From contig JAYUGC010000047.1 of the NCBI GenBank assembly GCA_043767805.1, forward strand, positions 1 to 15,941: a DNA stretch of 15,941 nucleotides, read 5' to 3'. Below the pieces are notes generated by a model. That model did not search any database. It had not been told where the DNA came from and was given only the letters and a program-made list of their open reading frames with translations. Positions 14,839 through 15,941 of this stretch are shown piece by piece (within the stretch, counting starts at the first letter, position 1; each line of letters begins with the position of its first letter). The position numbers and the translations under genes are program-made. Source of the DNA: Pseudomonadota bacterium (lineage in GTDB: Bacteria; Bdellovibrionota; FAC87; UBA2466).

Positions 14839-15941
14839 ATGAAAGCCTTCGACTCAATTAAAGAGAAAAAGACGATCGGAGTCCTTCTGATCGCTCTCAT
14901 ATCCATGTCCGTGCTCTATATCGGGACCTTATACAAATCCGCAAGCATTCCGTCTCAAACAACGTCCGTAAGCAAAAGGGACGTCTATACCTGTGCCATG
15001 CATCCTTCCGTTGTTACCGATCAGCCTGGAAAGTGCCCTATTTGCCACATGGACCTTCAAAAGGTCGAAAGTTCCGACGAAGGCAGGGCGAGAAATGGAA
15101 AGGAACCAAAAATTCTATTTTATCGTAATCCAATGAGGGGAGAGATCACTTCTGCGGTCCCCGCCAAAGATGAAATGGGGATGGATTACATCCCCGTTTA
15201 TGAAGACCAAGCCGAAGGAACTGTGTCCGGGGTAGATGGCAGGGCGGGCTTTAGTCTCTCGAAGGAGAGGCAACAGCTTATCGGTGTCACATCGAAAGCT
15301 GTCGTCATGGAACCGCTAAAATTGGAAATACGAGCTACCGGTAAGGCGGCGTTCGACCCTGAGCTCTACACCGCTGTTGAGGAGTATCGTCAGGCACTCA
15401 TGTCTCGTTCTCAACTGACCAGTGGGCCCTTTGACAGCATCAAGCAGCAGTCTAACGAGTTGGTAAGTTCGTCGAAAACAAAGTTGCGCCTCATGGGGCT
15501 AACCGACGGGCAGATAAGAAAGCTAGGCTCGGGCGGCACCAACGTAATGAATCTTATTCTTCCAAAGGGAAACGTTTGGATCTACGCCGAAGTGTTCGAA
15601 TACGAGGTCGGAGGCCTAAAGGAAGGCCAGACAGTCGAGGTCGTAGCCCCCTCCGTGGCGGGAAAAACTTTCGCTGGAACTATTACGAGCATAAGTCCGA
15701 TTCTGAATCCACTTACCCGAACCGTTAGGGTTCGTGCCCTTGTTCCCGATCCTGACGGAGCGCTGAGGCCGGACACTTTCGTAAACGTAAAGATACAGGT
15801 CGACCTAGGCAGTAAACTGGTGATTCCGGTAGATGCCGTGCTTCATACGGGCGATTCTGACTTTGTTTTCGTTCTGCAAGAAAAAGGACATTTTGAGCCG
15901 AGGAAAGTTACCCTCGGAGCTAAGGCCCACGAGCTATACGA
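14839..15941 (+). CDS. CusB-like heavy-metal efflux RND periplasmic adaptor subunit, truncated by the window end (absent from the ORF track)
   Basis: Open from the ATG at 14839 (GGAG RBS at 14824) to the window end. It has an N-terminal TM anchor, metal-binding motifs YTCAMHPSVVTDQPGKCPICHMDL and FYRNPM...KDEMGMDYIPVY, then QQLIGV, VWIYAEVFE, TRTVRVR, IPVDAV and FEPRKVTLG. Confidence 0.93.
   Translation, partial: MKAFDSIKEKKTIGVLLIALISMSVLYIGTLYKSASIPSQTTSVSKRDVYTCAMHPSVVTDQPGKCPICHMDLQKVESSDEGRARNGKEPKILFYRNPMRGEITSAVPAKDEMGMDYIPVYEDQAEGTVSGVDGRAGFSLSKERQQLIGVTSKAVVMEPLKLEIRATGKAAFDPELYTAVEEYRQALMSRSQLTSGPFDSIKQQSNELVSSSKTKLRLMGLTDGQIRKLGSGGTNVMNLILPKGNVWIYAEVFEYEVGGLKEGQTVEVVAPSVAGKTFAGTITSISPILNPLTRTVRVRALVPDPDGALRPDTFVNVKIQVDLGSKLVIPVDAVLHTGDSDFVFVLQEKGHFEPRKVTLGAKAHELY

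Noticed and set aside
15285..15306. Third TGTCACA...CGTC inside the CusB-like gene
   Set aside because: The spacer is 11 nt rather than 15, so it is not a copy of the ECF promoter.
1..15941. CRISPR array, tRNA/rRNA, retron/RT, or a defence system built on the SNF2 gene
   Set aside because: No repeat-spacer periodicity, cloverleaf or RT motifs were seen. The SWIM-SNF2 gene stands alone, without methylase, nuclease or other defence partners.

Overview
The window has two parts. From 1 to about 11690 it is GC-rich chromosomal DNA, probably from a Bdellovibrionota/Oligoflexia- or deltaproteobacteria-like organism (inferred from the gene families). This part holds the 3' end of an FG-GAP-repeat protein, a TPR plus outer-membrane beta-barrel protein, a secreted serpin, a TIGR02147/DUF4423 protein, a metzincin lipoprotein, a SWIM-SNF2 helicase, a KANL3/Tex30-type alpha/beta hydrolase, a ~200-nt highly self-complementary intergenic element (candidate ncRNA), an SGNH hydrolase and a DUF952 protein. 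From about 11700 to the end is a visibly less GC-rich accessory segment that starts at an IS256 remnant. It carries an orphan ribbon-helix-helix gene and an ECF sigma factor with a Cys/His/Met membrane partner, divergent from a CusC/CusB-like heavy-metal efflux operon. The most notable signals are (1) the candidate structured RNA at 9878-10077, (2) two divergent copies of the motif CATGTCACAAA-N13-CGTAT that suggest an ECF-controlled metal-efflux circuit, and (3) a CusB-like adaptor that appears to lack the whole lipoyl domain. All calls were made by eye from motifs; no searches were run.
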